Shown piece after piece: positions 39,921-50,267 of a stretch of 64,000 nt of DNA. The notes beneath the pieces were generated by a model. It saw only the letters and a program-made list of their open reading frames with translations, was not told the origin of the DNA and searched no databases. Positions within the stretch are counted from its first letter, which is position 1. Each line of letters opens with the position of its first letter. The position numbers and the translations under genes were made by a program. This stretch comes from an uncultured Clostridia bacterium (GTDB lineage Bacteria > Bacillota > Clostridia > TANB77 > CAG-508): NCBI GenBank assembly GCA_949927455.1, contig CATLEX010000001.1, positions 222 through 64,221 of the forward strand, written 5' to 3'.

Positions 39921-42533
39921 CTACATCTGAATTGGATTTCCATAATATGCATCAATTAAAATCTTTTTAATTTCTTCTATCAATGGCACACGTGGATTAA
40001 CACCTGTACATTGATCTGAAAACGCTTTATCAGCTAAAGCATCTAAATTTGCCATAAATTCTTGCTCATCTACACCACATTCTTTTAGTGATTTTGGCAT
40101 ATTCAATTTTTCCATTAATTCTTGAACTGCTTTTACTAAAGAATTCACGCCCTCTTCTTTTGAAGTTGCTGGCAAGCCTAGTCTCTTCGCAATTTCTGCA
40201 TATCTTTCGTCTGCAATATAACTTTCATATTTTGGCCAAGACACAAATTTCGTTGGCATTGTTCCATTATATTTTATCACATATGGCAAAATAACTGCAT
40301 TTGCTCTACCATGTGGAATATGATAATCCCCACCTAACTTATGAGCAATGGAATGATTTAATCCTAAGAAAGCATTTGTAAACGCCATACCTGCCATCGT
40401 ACTTGCATTGTGCATTTTTTCACGTGCTTTTCGATTACTTCCATCTACATAGGCTTGTGGCAAATACTCAAACACAAGCTCAATTGCTTTTTCTGCCAAA
40501 CCATCTGTATAATCAGATGCCATCACAGAAACATAAGCCTCAATTGCATGTGTCAAAACATCCATACCAGTATCAGCCGTTAATTTTGCAGGAAGCGTCA
40601 TAACCAAATCTGGATCAATAATTGCAACATCTGGTGTTAATTCATAATCAGCAAGTGGATATTTGATATTTTTCTTTTTGTCTGTAATAACCGCAAATGA
40701 AGTTACTTCTGAACCAGTTCCTGAAGTCGTTGGAATGGCTACCATTTGGCATTTTTCACCAAGTTTTGGAAATTTATACGTACGTTTTCGAATATCCATA
40801 AACTTCAATTTCAAACCTTCTACATCAGCATCTGGGTGCTCATAAAATAGCCACATTCCCTTTGCAGCATCCATAGCACTTCCTCCCCCTAATGCGATAA
40901 TCACATCTGGTTGATATGCTTCCATAGCTGCCACACCTTTTTTAATTGTATCAAAAGATGGGTCTGGCTCTACTTCTGAAAATATTTCAGCATGCACATA
41001 TTGCTCTCTGTTTCTCAAATGATACAAAATTTTATCTACATAACCAAATTGTACCATGGATGGATCTGTTACAATAAATGCTTTTGAAATATTTGGCATT
41101 TTTTCTAAATAACCAATAGAACCTGCTTCAAAATAGATTTTTTCTGGAACTTTAAACCATTGCATATTAACCCTCCTTTTTGCAACTCTTTTTAAATTTA
41201 TCAAATTTGCTGAAGATACATTTGAAGTTGTAGAATTTCCTCCAAATGTACCACAACCAAGTGTTAGTGATGGCATATTTGTATTATAAATATCACCTAT
41301 TGCACCATGAGTTGATGGAGAATTTACAATAATTCTTCCTACTTTTACAGTATTCGAAAATTGAGTAATGGTTTCATTATCTTCTGAATGAATAACAGCA
41401 GAGTGACCTAATCCACCAAATTTAATTAGTCTATCTGCCATATCAATTCCTTGATCGCTATTTTCTACAACATAATAAGCTAAAACTGGACTTAATTTCT
41501 CTTTTGAAAATGGAAATTCATCTCCCACTCCATTTTCGTATGCTACTAATACTTTCGTGTTTTCTGGCACATCAAAACCTGCCCAATTAGCAATTGTTTT
41601 CGGACTTTGTCCAACCACTGCTGGATTTAGTTTATTATTTTGGTCAGCTATAAACATGGTTGCTTTCAACTTTTCTCTTTCTTCTTCATTTACAAAATAA
41701 CAACCAGCTTCTTTCATTAATGTTTGAAATTGGTCTTTGATTTGACTATCCACAATCACAGATTGCTCTGAAGCACAAATCATACCATGGTCAAATGATT
41801 TCGACAAAACTAAATCTGTTACAGAAGTTTTTAATTTTGCTGTTTTATCAATATAACAAGGTACATTTCCAGGTCCTACACCAAGTGCTGGCTTTCCACT
41901 TGAATATGCCGCTTTTACCATACCTGAACCACCAGTTGCCAAAATCAAATCAACGTCTGGATGGTTCATCAGCAAACTTGTGGCTAAAACAGATGGTTTA
42001 TCAATCCACAAAATACAATCTTCTGGAGCGCCTTCTGAAACAGCAGCCTCACGCATTAATTCCCCTGCAGCTCTACTACACTCTTGTGCTGATGGATGAA
42101 ATCCAAATACGATGACATTTCTTGTTTTGGCTGAAATCATAGATTTAAACATAACGGTTGCAGTTGGATTTGTAACTGGTGTAACACCAGCAATTACGCC
42201 AATTGGTTCTGCGATTGTTACATAACCTTCTTCTTCATTATCTTCCACAACACCAACTGTTTTATCATATTTAATACTATGATAAATATATTCTGTTGCA
42301 AACATATTCTTTGTGATTTTATCTTCATAAACGCCTCTTTTTGTTTCCTCAACCGCATGTTTAGCTAATTTCATATGATGATCTAAACCTGCCATTGACA
42401 TTTTTTTCACAATTCTATCTACTGTTTCTTGGTCAAGTTTTTTATACTCTTCTGCTGCCTTTCTTGCCCTTGCCACTAAGCTATTTACCATTTCTTCGAC
42501 TTCTCTTCTCTCTTCTTCTGTTACTTCTGACAT
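39921..42533 (-). CDS. adhE: Bifunctional acetaldehyde-CoA / alcohol dehydrogenase AdhE
   Basis: 870 aa. Aldehyde dehydrogenase half (ILATGGSGMVKAAYSSGKPALGVGPGN) plus Fe-ADH half (IIALGGGSAMDAAK...). Confidence 0.95.
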   Translation of the reverse strand: MSEVTEEERREVEEMVNSLVARARKAAEEYKKLDQETVDRIVKKMSMAGLDHHMKLAKHAVEETKRGVYEDKITKNMFATEYIYHSIKYDKTVGVVEDNEEEGYVTIAEPIGVIAGVTPVTNPTATVMFKSMISAKTRNVIVFGFHPSAQECSRAAGELMREAAVSEGAPEDCILWIDKPSVLATSLLMNHPDVDLILATGGSGMVKAAYSSGKPALGVGPGNVPCYIDKTAKLKTSVTDLVLSKSFDHGMICASEQSVIVDSQIKDQFQTLMKEAGCYFVNEEEREKLKATMFIADQNNKLNPAVVGQSPKTIANWAGFDVPENTKVLVAYENGVGDEFPFSKEKLSPVLAYYVVENSDQGIDMADRLIKFGGLGHSAVIHSEDNETITQFSNTVKVGRIIVNSPSTHGAIGDIYNTNMPSLTLGCGTFGGNSTTSNVSSANLINLKRVAKRRVNMQWFKVPEKIYFEAGSIGYLEKMPNISKAFIVTDPSMVQFGYVDKILYHLRNREQYVHAEIFSEVEPDPSFDTIKKGVAAMEAYQPDVIIALGGGSAMDAAKGMWLFYEHPDADVEGLKLKFMDIRKRTYKFPKLGEKCQMVAIPTTSGTGSEVTSFAVITDKKKNIKYPLADYELTPDVAIIDPDLVMTLPAKLTADTGMDVLTHAIEAYVSVMASDYTDGLAEKAIELVFEYLPQAYVDGSNRKAREKMHNASTMAGMAFTNAFLGLNHSIAHKLGGDYHIPHGRANAVILPYVIKYNGTMPTKFVSWPKYESYIADERYAEIAKRLGLPATSKEEGVNSLVKAVQELMEKLNMPKSLKECGVDEQEFMANLDALADKAFSDQCTGVNPRVPLIEEIKKILIDAYYGNPIQM

Positions 42534-42569
42534 AAAAAATGTACCTCCTCTATTTTTATTCTATCAAAA

Positions 42570-42598
42570 ATTATATCTATAATTTTTAATATTTTCAA
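42570..42598 (-). promoter_or_regulatory. adhE promoter TTGAAA-17-TATAAT
   Basis: Read on the minus strand: ttgaaa atattaaaaattataga tataat. Confidence 0.6.
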
Positions 42599-42748
42599 GT
42601 CATTTTATAAAAAACATCGGAAATTTTATTTTCTTAAAACTCTCATAAAAATCATACCCAAAATTTTCAAATTTTAAACATTTTCCTTCTGAAAAATCTC
42701 ATTCATATTTTTTCTTATCTTGTATATATTTAAACAGGTGAATTAAAA

Positions 42749-43976
42749 ATGAATACGAAAAAAATATTTGTTATTTTTATAATAATTGCTTTAATGCTTC
42801 CAACATCTTGTTTTGCTGATGATTTTTTAGAAGAAAATGAACTTGACAATTTTATTGAAGTTTCTACTGACACTACTAAAACACAAAAAGAGCCAACTAC
42901 CCATTCTAAACACATTATTGCAATTGACCGAAAAACTTTATCTGTTCTATATGAAAAAGATGCTTACACAGAAGTCCCTATGGCTTCTACTACAAAAATC
43001 ATGACTGCCATAATTGTTTTAGAAAATTGTGATTTAAGCGAAACAGTTGAATTTTCTAAAGAAGCAGCTAATGTTCGTGGTTCTTGTTTAGAAGTTTCAA
43101 CAGGCGCAAAAATATCCTTAAACGATGCTCTTTATGGGCTTATGATGCGTTCACGGAAATGATTGTGCAGTTGCTATCGCAGAACACATTTCTGGTTCTG
43201 TCGAAAATTTTGCCACCCTTATGAACCAAAAAGCACAACAATTAAATCTAAAACATACCCATTTTGTTACACCTCACGGCTTAGATGATGAAAACCACTA
43301 CACAACTGCTTACGAGCTTGCAATTTTAACTGATTACGCATTAAAAAACGAAAAATTTAAAGAAATTGTTTCCACAAAAACTACTACTATCTCTATTAAT
43401 GGTTATTCTCGTACCATTTCTAACACAAATGAACTACTAGGTAATTTAGCTGGTGTGTATGGTGTAAAAACTGGTTTTACTTTTAACGCAGGACGTTGTC
43501 TTGTATCAAGTTGCAGACAAAATGATATGGATATTATTGTTGTCGTTTTAGGGGCTGATACGAAAAATCAAAGAACACGTGATAGCATTAATGTAATTCA
43601 TTACATTTTTGACAATTTTGAATATGTGGATATTTCCAATTATGTACAAGAAAATTTTGCAAGATACAAAGAATATTACGAAAAAAATGTGTATTTGTAT
43701 AAAACTACAACTGCTCCAAAAATTGAACTTTCTAAATTAGAATTTAATGCTTTTCCTTTAAAAAGTAATTCAGCAAATCTTTTAAGTACAAAATTTTATT
43801 GTTTAAATAGTGTTTCTTCTGAAATACAAAATCATGATAAAATTGGTTCTATGACATTATATTATGAAGATAAAATTTTGTGTTCTATGGATATTATTTT
43901 GACAAATCAATTAGAACATAATTCTTGGTTTTATTATTTTGGAAAAATTTTTAAAGAATTTAAACAAAATTTTTAA
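42749..43976 (+). CDS. D-alanyl-D-alanine carboxypeptidase (S11, PBP5 type); needs a +1 shift at CGG 43154..43156 (otherwise a pseudogene)
   Basis: Signal peptide, then SxxK motif MASTTKIMTA. The junction GLMMRS|GNDCAVAIAEHISGSVENFATLMNQKAQ restores the SxN motif. KTG is present as VKTGFT. Confidence 0.85.
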
Positions 43977-43984
43977 TATCAGAA

Positions 43985-44010
43985 AGCCGCATGTTATTGC
44001 ACACGCGGCT
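43985..44010 (+). terminator. G+C-rich hairpin after the carboxypeptidase gene
   Basis: agccgc-atgttattgcacac-gcggct. Confidence 0.5.
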
Positions 44011-44102
44011 CTGGTCTTTTTTAAAACAAACCTATTATGTTCAATATGAGCATAATAGTAAATATCATCAAAACAAAAATAATGCCTATTTTTATCTGCT
44101 CT

Positions 44103-44891
44103 CTAGTCTTGATTTTCCTCCTGTCTAAACTTTCTCTCTTTCCAGTTCAACGCTAAATAGAGTTTTGAACCATTTTTAAGACAAATTTTTAAGGTATAAA
44201 TTCCTACCTTATTTAACGGTACCAAAATACCATTTTCATCTTTTTTGTTAGGAATCTCTTTCAGTATTCTTCCATTTGGCTCTATCAAATAGATATTTTT
44301 AATTTTATCAAATGGCTTAAAAGCGATTCTTAAAAACGCTTCTTTATAATCCGTTTTTAATTTCACTGGTACTTTTTTGGCTTCTGCCTTTGTATCACAC
44401 AAATAGCCAGCAAGCGGAATTTCAGTCGTGAATGTTATCACAGGATAGCTTCCAAGTTTCTCTTGATAATCCTTCAATTCGATCTCTCTTGACAATTGCT
44501 CTTGAAGCGCAGAAGAAATCTTTTGCAAGTTACTCAATATATTCCGTTTTTCACTTTGTAACTTTTCGACTTCTAAATAAACATCTGCTAGTTCATTATA
44601 AGCATCTTCAATCTTCTTATACTTTGCATCTAAACGCTCCATTTTTTCTTCCTGTTGCTTATTTAGTTTCTCAATTTCTGCTGTACATCTTCTCTCAGTT
44701 ATCACGCTGCCAGTCTTATAACCAATAAGACATGCAATTCCAATAAATAAAATTTCCATTATCAACAGAAAATTTCTTAAATAATTTCCCTTTTTCCGTT
44801 CTTCTTGTTCGCTTCCCATGTACTTTTCCTCTTCCGCTTCCTCCTGCTTCTTCTCTTGAATTACGTTAAGTTCCCGTTTCTCTTCTTTCAT
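44103..44891 (-). CDS. Hypothetical membrane-anchored coiled-coil protein, compositionally atypical
   Basis: Acidic N-terminus, TM segment FLLIMEILFIGIACLIGY, then a coiled-coil stretch. It contains three ordinary in-frame CGG codons. Confidence 0.6.
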   Translation of the reverse strand: MKEEKRELNVIQEKKQEEAEEEKYMGSEQEERKKGNYLRNFLLIMEILFIGIACLIGYKTGSVITERRCTAEIEKLNKQQEEKMERLDAKYKKIEDAYNELADVYLEVEKLQSEKRNILSNLQKISSALQEQLSREIELKDYQEKLGSYPVITFTTEIPLAGYLCDTKAEAKKVPVKLKTDYKEAFLRIAFKPFDKIKNIYLIEPNGRILKEIPNKKDENGILVPLNKVGIYTLKICLKNGSKLYLALNWKERKFRQEENQD

Positions 44892-45063
44892 ATTCTTTCT
44901 CCTTTTCTACATTATTTACTCGAATATACGAGCATTTGACCTATTTATTATACCATAATTTACATAAAAAATCAAGAGGCTACAACTGTTATTATAACCT
45001 CTTGACTTTCTTATTTTTTCTATTACAAAGAGCGACTTTTTGTCGCTCCTTATGTTTATAGTT

Positions 45064-45231
45064 TTAAAATTTTCTTTTTCTTGCAGCCTCAGACTTTTTC
45101 TTTCTCTTTACGCTTGGTTTCTCATAATGTTCTCTTTTTCTAACTTCTTGAAGTACGCCATTTCTTGCACATTGTCTTTTAAATTTTTTTAGTGCCTCTT
45201 CTAAGTTACCATTTACTTTAACTTCTGACAT
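45064..45231 (-). CDS. rpsU: 30S ribosomal protein S21 (55 aa, below the ORF-track cutoff)
   Basis: My own translation gives [58 protein letters not shown] ggaaggaggggg upstream. Confidence 0.9.
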   Translation of the reverse strand: MSEVKVNGNLEEALKKFKRQCARNGVLQEVRKREHYEKPSVKRKKKSEAARKRKF

Positions 45232-45314
45232 TTCTTTTCCCCCTCCTTCCGAAGCTAAAAAACATCTGTGGGATTTATGTATTAATCCTTTTGCCTTCTC
45301 GCTTAATCTTCTTT

Positions 45315-45343
45315 ATTATACCCCAGAATTGCCAACTTGTCAA
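45315..45343 (-). promoter_or_regulatory. Consensus promoter TTGACA-17-TATAAT for rpsU
   Basis: Minus strand reads ttgaca agttggcaattctgggg tataat. It gives a leader of about 75 nt. Confidence 0.7.
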
Positions 45344-45346
45344 TAC

Positions 45347-46294
45347 TTAATTCGCCTCAAATAATTCTCCTATTGAAGTTGCTTCATTAATTCTCTTAAT
45401 TGCTTCTGCAAATAGTTCTGACATTGACACAACAACAATTTGACTAATTTGCTTTTCTGGTGGCAATGGAATTGTATTTGTCATAACTAATTCTTTAATT
45501 TCAGAATTCTTAATACGCTCTATTGCCGGATCAGAAAGTACACCATGCGTACAACCAACATATACATCTTTGGCACCAAATTTCTTGATAACTTCTACTG
45601 TTTCCATAATAGAACCTGCTGTATCTACTTCATCATCAAATACTAAAGCATTTTTTCCATTAATATCACCAATCACACTAGTTGCAATGGTTTTATCGTC
45701 ATTTCCATTTCGCCTTTTATCTACTAAACAAATTGGACAACCAAAATGTTCTGCATATTTATATGCTTTTTTAGAACTTCCTGCATCTGTTGCAACAATT
45801 ACTTTATTATCAATTTCTTTTAAATCAAAATATTTCTCTAACATTGATCTTCCAGTTAATACATCGCAATTAATATTAAAATATGCTTGTATCGCTGGAT
45901 TATGTAAATCGCAAGTTAAAACTCTATTGGCACCTGCCGCTTCAATTAATTGAGCAAATAATTTGGCAGTTACTGGAATACGAGGTTGGTCTTTTTTATC
46001 AGACCTTGAATAAATAAAATATGGTAACACAACTGTAATTCTTCTTGCTGTTGCTCTTTTGGCAGCATCTACTGCAATCAATAATTCCATAATTCTTTCA
46101 TTTACAGGTGGCTCTGTTGTTTGTATTAAATATACATCTTTTTCTCTAACTGATTCTAATATTTGAACAAAGTTATTATCATTTTTAAATTTTTGACGAT
46201 GAATTTTCCCTGGTTCAATATTTAAATAATCACATATTTCATTTGTGAATTTCTCTGCCGATTTACTACAAGCAAAAATCTTCATATCATCCAT
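45347..46294 (-). CDS. prs: Ribose-phosphate pyrophosphokinase
   Basis: RITVVLPYFIYSRSDKK and the PRPP-binding loop LVFDDEVDTAGS. Confidence 0.9.
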   Translation of the reverse strand: MDDMKIFACSKSAEKFTNEICDYLNIEPGKIHRQKFKNDNNFVQILESVREKDVYLIQTTEPPVNERIMELLIAVDAAKRATARRITVVLPYFIYSRSDKKDQPRIPVTAKLFAQLIEAAGANRVLTCDLHNPAIQAYFNINCDVLTGRSMLEKYFDLKEIDNKVIVATDAGSSKKAYKYAEHFGCPICLVDKRRNGNDDKTIATSVIGDINGKNALVFDDEVDTAGSIMETVEVIKKFGAKDVYVGCTHGVLSDPAIERIKNSEIKELVMTNTIPLPPEKQISQIVVVSMSELFAEAIKRINEATSIGELFEAN

Positions 46295-46328
46295 AATTTC
46301 CCCCTAAAATTTTACATTTTTTCAAAAA

Positions 46329-47063
46329 TTAATCGATTCCTTTTGCTACCATTGTTTCTTTTTCTTCTTTTATTTTTATTCTAGGCTGCTCAAAAACATT
46401 TTCTTCAATTGTATTATTTATCGGATTAAAATTCACTGCTATTGTACTACTTTCAAGCGTTTTTGTCAAGTCTTTTTCCGATTTTTTAAAGCTTTCAAAA
46501 TACATAATTTTAGGTTTTTGTTCTTCATATCGCACTTCATCACCAAATTTCAATGTCACCATCTTGCCTTTTTTCAAACTTTCTTGAACATCTATTTTAC
46601 GTTGATTCGTAGAACCCCTAAAGGCTAAATCTTCCATTTTATTTTCAATCTCAAATTGACCATCTACTATAATATCAATGTATTTTAATAATTCTTTTGT
46701 TACTTTATTTTGAGTATACATTTGATTTAATACATCTTTTTCAAAATCATAACCTGTCCAACACCAAATATCTTTTTCAGGTAATTCCTCTTTTACTTTT
46801 TTGATTAATGGTAAAATGCCTTCTTGATTTGCTATCTCCAATGGTTCTCCACCAAGCAATGATAAACCATTCACATAATGATTTTTTAACAAATTCATAA
46901 TTTCTTCAATTGTATCATTTGTAAATTTTTTTCCAAAATTAAAATCCCAAGCTTCTTTGTTATGACATTCTTTGCAATGAAAATGGCAACCACTTACATA
47001 TAATGCTACTCGAATGCCATCTCCATCTTGAATGTCTGGATATTTTATGTCTGCGTAATTCAT
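46329..47063 (-). CDS. nrdG: Anaerobic ribonucleoside-triphosphate reductase activating protein with an unusually long C-terminal extension
   Basis: Radical-SAM motif VSGCHFHCKECHN and LSLLGGEP. 244 aa. Confidence 0.85.
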   Translation of the reverse strand: MNYADIKYPDIQDGDGIRVALYVSGCHFHCKECHNKEAWDFNFGKKFTNDTIEEIMNLLKNHYVNGLSLLGGEPLEIANQEGILPLIKKVKEELPEKDIWCWTGYDFEKDVLNQMYTQNKVTKELLKYIDIIVDGQFEIENKMEDLAFRGSTNQRKIDVQESLKKGKMVTLKFGDEVRYEEQKPKIMYFESFKKSEKDLTKTLESSTIAVNFNPINNTIEENVFEQPRIKIKEEKETMVAKGID

Positions 47064-47151
47064 TTTTATTTCCCCTTATTTCTTATACTATATTTTTTCG
47101 AGCAAAATTTTCGCCAACATCTACTCTACTTTTTTAATTTTGCACTTCTTA

Positions 47152-49296
47152 TTATAAATGCATTACTCTAGACTTAATTTCTTTAGTCTTTCCGACGTTC
47201 CAGAAATTTTCACCTAAATAACCACAAGTTCTTCTTGTTACATTCATTTTTCCATGGTCTTTATTTCCACATTGTGGACATTCCCATTCATTTTGCTCAT
47301 TAATAATAATCTCTCCATCAAATCCGCAACATTGACAAAAATCTGATTTTGTATTAAATTCTGCATATTGAATATTATCATAAATAAATCCAACTACTTG
47401 CTCTAATGCTTTTAAATTATTTTTCATATTTGGAATTTCCACATAAGAAATTGCTCCGCCACCTGAAATTGGTTGAAATTGGCTCTCAAATTTCAATTTG
47501 TCAAAAGCATTAATTTTCTCACGCACATCCACATGATACGAATTTGTGTAATACCCCTTATCAGTAATATCTTCAATATCTCCAAATCTTTCTTTGTCAA
47601 CTCTTGCAAAACGATAACAAAGTGATTCTGCTGGTGTTCCATAAAGCGCAAAACCAATATTGGTTTCTTCTTTCCATTGCTGAGTTTTCTCTTTCATATG
47701 ATTCATAACTTTTAATGCAAACTCTGCACCTTCCTCTGTTGTATGAGAAACTCCCTTCATTAATTTTGTTACTTCATACAATCCAATATAACCAAGTGAA
47801 ATACTAGAATATCCGCCAAACAATAATTTATCAATTGTTTCACCTTTTTTTAATCTTGCAATTGCCCCATATTGCCAATGAATTGGACTAACATCTGATT
47901 TTGTGCCTAACAAAGCATTATGTCTGCACATCAGAGCTTCTTTGCAAAGTTCTAATCTTTGGTCAAATAATTTCCAGAATTTATTTTCATTTCCATTTGC
48001 AATAATTCCGATTTGTGGTAAATTAATGCTAACAACACCTTGATTAAATCTTCCTTCAAATTGATAATTTCCATTTTCGTCTTTCCAAGGAGCTAAAAAA
48101 CTTCTACATCCCATTGGGCTAAATACATTTCCTTCATAATTAGCACGCATTTGTTTTGCTGAAATATAATCTGGATACATTCTTTTTGCAGAACATTTAA
48201 CAGCAAGTCTTGTTAAATAATCATATTTTCCACCTTTTAAGCAATTATTTTCATCTAACACATACACTAATTTTGGAAAAGCAGGTGTCACATAAACACC
48301 AGCATCATTTTTGATACCTTGCAATCTTTGGTTCAAAATTTCTTCTATAATCATTGCATTTTCTTCAATAAATTCATCATTAGGATTTAAATACATAAAA
48401 ATGGTTACAAATGGGCTTTGTCCATTCGTTGTCATTAATGTGTTAATTTGGTATTGAATGGTTTGAACTCCAGAAGCCAATTCCTCTTGTCTTCTTTCAA
48501 TGGCATCTTCTTTTGCTCTTTCGTTTGCTTCTTCTTTTGAGTATCCTTTTTCTACATATTTTAAAAATCTCTTTTTATAAAATTTATCATAAGTTTTCTT
48601 TAAATATTTTCCTAAATAATGAATATCAATAGATTGTCCACCATACTGATTACTTGCTACTGCTGCAATAATTTGAGTTGTAACTGTACAGGCTACTTGG
48701 AAACTTTTTGGACTTTCTATCATTTTTCCGTTCATAACAGTTCCATTATCTAACATATCACCAATATTTACTAAGCAACAATTGTGAATTGGTTGAATAA
48801 AATAGTCTTTATCATGAAAATGTAATACACCATCATTATGAGCTTTAATAATTCTCTCTGGCAATAATAAACGGTCTGTAATATCTTTTGAAACTTCTCC
48901 AGCAATTAAATCTCTTTGTGTTGCTGCTAAAAAAGCATTTTTATTACTATTTTCTTCCATTGTATCTTTATTTGAATTTCGCACCAAACTCAAAATACTA
49001 TCATCTGTTGAATTAGCTCTACGAATCATATTATGTTTTTCACGATATAAAATATATTTTTTAGCCAATGTAAATTTTCCAAACTCCATCAATTTACGTT
49101 CAACAATATCTTGAATATCTTCAACTGACATTGTTGCTTTGTCCAAACTTTCGATATACTTTGTAATAAACTCTATTGATTCTCTTGAAATTTTATCTTT
49201 TCCTCCAACTTCTTTGTTGGCTTGGCTAATTGCTATTACAATTTTATCACTATCATATTCTACTTTTCTGCCATCTCTTTTTATCACTTTCATCAA
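47152..49296 (-). CDS. nrdD: Anaerobic ribonucleoside-triphosphate reductase
   Basis: ATP-cone N-terminus VIKRDGRKVEYD, C-terminal Zn ribbon CQCCGF...CPQCG and glycyl-radical motif RRTCGYLG. Confidence 0.95.
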   Translation of the reverse strand: MMKVIKRDGRKVEYDSDKIVIAISQANKEVGGKDKISRESIEFITKYIESLDKATMSVEDIQDIVERKLMEFGKFTLAKKYILYREKHNMIRRANSTDDSILSLVRNSNKDTMEENSNKNAFLAATQRDLIAGEVSKDITDRLLLPERIIKAHNDGVLHFHDKDYFIQPIHNCCLVNIGDMLDNGTVMNGKMIESPKSFQVACTVTTQIIAAVASNQYGGQSIDIHYLGKYLKKTYDKFYKKRFLKYVEKGYSKEEANERAKEDAIERRQEELASGVQTIQYQINTLMTTNGQSPFVTIFMYLNPNDEFIEENAMIIEEILNQRLQGIKNDAGVYVTPAFPKLVYVLDENNCLKGGKYDYLTRLAVKCSAKRMYPDYISAKQMRANYEGNVFSPMGCRSFLAPWKDENGNYQFEGRFNQGVVSINLPQIGIIANGNENKFWKLFDQRLELCKEALMCRHNALLGTKSDVSPIHWQYGAIARLKKGETIDKLLFGGYSSISLGYIGLYEVTKLMKGVSHTTEEGAEFALKVMNHMKEKTQQWKEETNIGFALYGTPAESLCYRFARVDKERFGDIEDITDKGYYTNSYHVDVREKINAFDKLKFESQFQPISGGGAISYVEIPNMKNNLKALEQVVGFIYDNIQYAEFNTKSDFCQCCGFDGEIIINEQNEWECPQCGNKDHGKMNVTRRTCGYLGENFWNVGKTKEIKSRVMHL

Positions 49297-49648
49297 ATGT
49301 ACCCCCTAAATATTTATTTCTTGTTTGTATAAATTTATTTTAACACGAAAAAAAGTAATGTCAAATGCCTACACGTTATGTTTCTATCAGTCGTAATGCT
49401 GTATTTGTAGGCTGTGTAAAAGACAATTTTTTTTGAAATAAAAATATTAAAATTTTCAAAAATCTCAAAGTCATTAATTTTGTAAGGGCAGCAATTTTTT
49501 ATAAAAATTTATATTACATTTTTGTTACAATTTTATGTTTTATTTAATTTTTTTATTTATTTTTATATATTTATAAAAATAATTGCAAATAATTCCTATT
49601 TTTAAAGCAAAAATTTTTTCTTTAAAATGATTAATTTTTAGAAAACAA

Positions 49649-49677
49649 TTGACTTTTCCAAAAAATTCCGCTATAAT
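49649..49677 (+). promoter_or_regulatory. Promoter TTGACT-17-TATAAT for the tRNA gene
   Basis: ttgact at 49649..49654 and tataat at 49672..49677, 9 nt before the tRNA 5' end. Confidence 0.7.
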
Positions 49678-49686
49678 ATTAGTCAT

Positions 49687-49763
<77 letters not shown>

Positions 49764-49795
49764 ACTACACCATCTATTTTGGTGTAGTTTTTTAT
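49764..49795 (+). terminator. Terminator after tRNA-Arg
   Basis: ctacacc-atctatttt-ggtgtag followed by ttttttatttt. Confidence 0.7.
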
Positions 49796-49977
49796 TTTGC
49801 TAAGCCTTCACATATATCTTTTAACTCTGATTACACTATTGTAAAAATTTGGAGGCATTTTTCAAGTTACTGATGGAAAATTAGTAAACACTCTTATGAA
49901 TAGATGACAAAAAATAATCATTATCCAATTATTTTAACTACTGGTGAACAAACTAAAAATATTTCATTTATAAAAGC

Positions 49978-50012
49978 AAACTAGCTATAACATAAAAAGT
50001 TATAGCTAGTTT
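49978..50012. terminator. Hairpin downstream of the ferredoxin gene
   Basis: aaactagctataac-ataaaaa-gttatagctagttt. Confidence 0.6.
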
Positions 50013-50024
50013 TAGTTTTTGTTG

Positions 50025-50213
50025 CTAGTCTAGTACTAAGGCTTTTTTAGGACAGAAATTTGAACATTTACCACATCTTATACATTTATCATGATTAATG
50101 GTAGGCGCTTCAAAATCTTTTTGTGTTAATGCTCCTACTGGACAAACATTTACCGCAGGGCATTTATGATTTTGTGGACAATTCTCCAAAACTATTTTTA
50201 ATTTTCTTTCCAT
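50025..50213 (-). CDS. Small 4Fe-4S ferredoxin-type protein
   Basis: Two Cys clusters: CPQNHKCPAVNVCP and CIRCGKCSNFCP. Confidence 0.8.
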   Translation of the reverse strand: MERKLKIVLENCPQNHKCPAVNVCPVGALTQKDFEAPTINHDKCIRCGKCSNFCPKKALVLD

Positions 50214-50267
50214 TCTTTTTCCTCCTATTTATTCTTATTCTTCTTAAATAAATGATAGCACTTTTTT

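Noticed and set aside
49297-49440. NrdR boxes or a cobalamin riboswitch upstream of nrdD
   Set aside because: I found only a loose inverted repeat (gcctaca ... tgtaggc, 32 nt apart) and isolated ACAC/GTGT words. There is no pair of 16-bp ACACnATATATnGTGT-like boxes and nothing resembling a B12 box.
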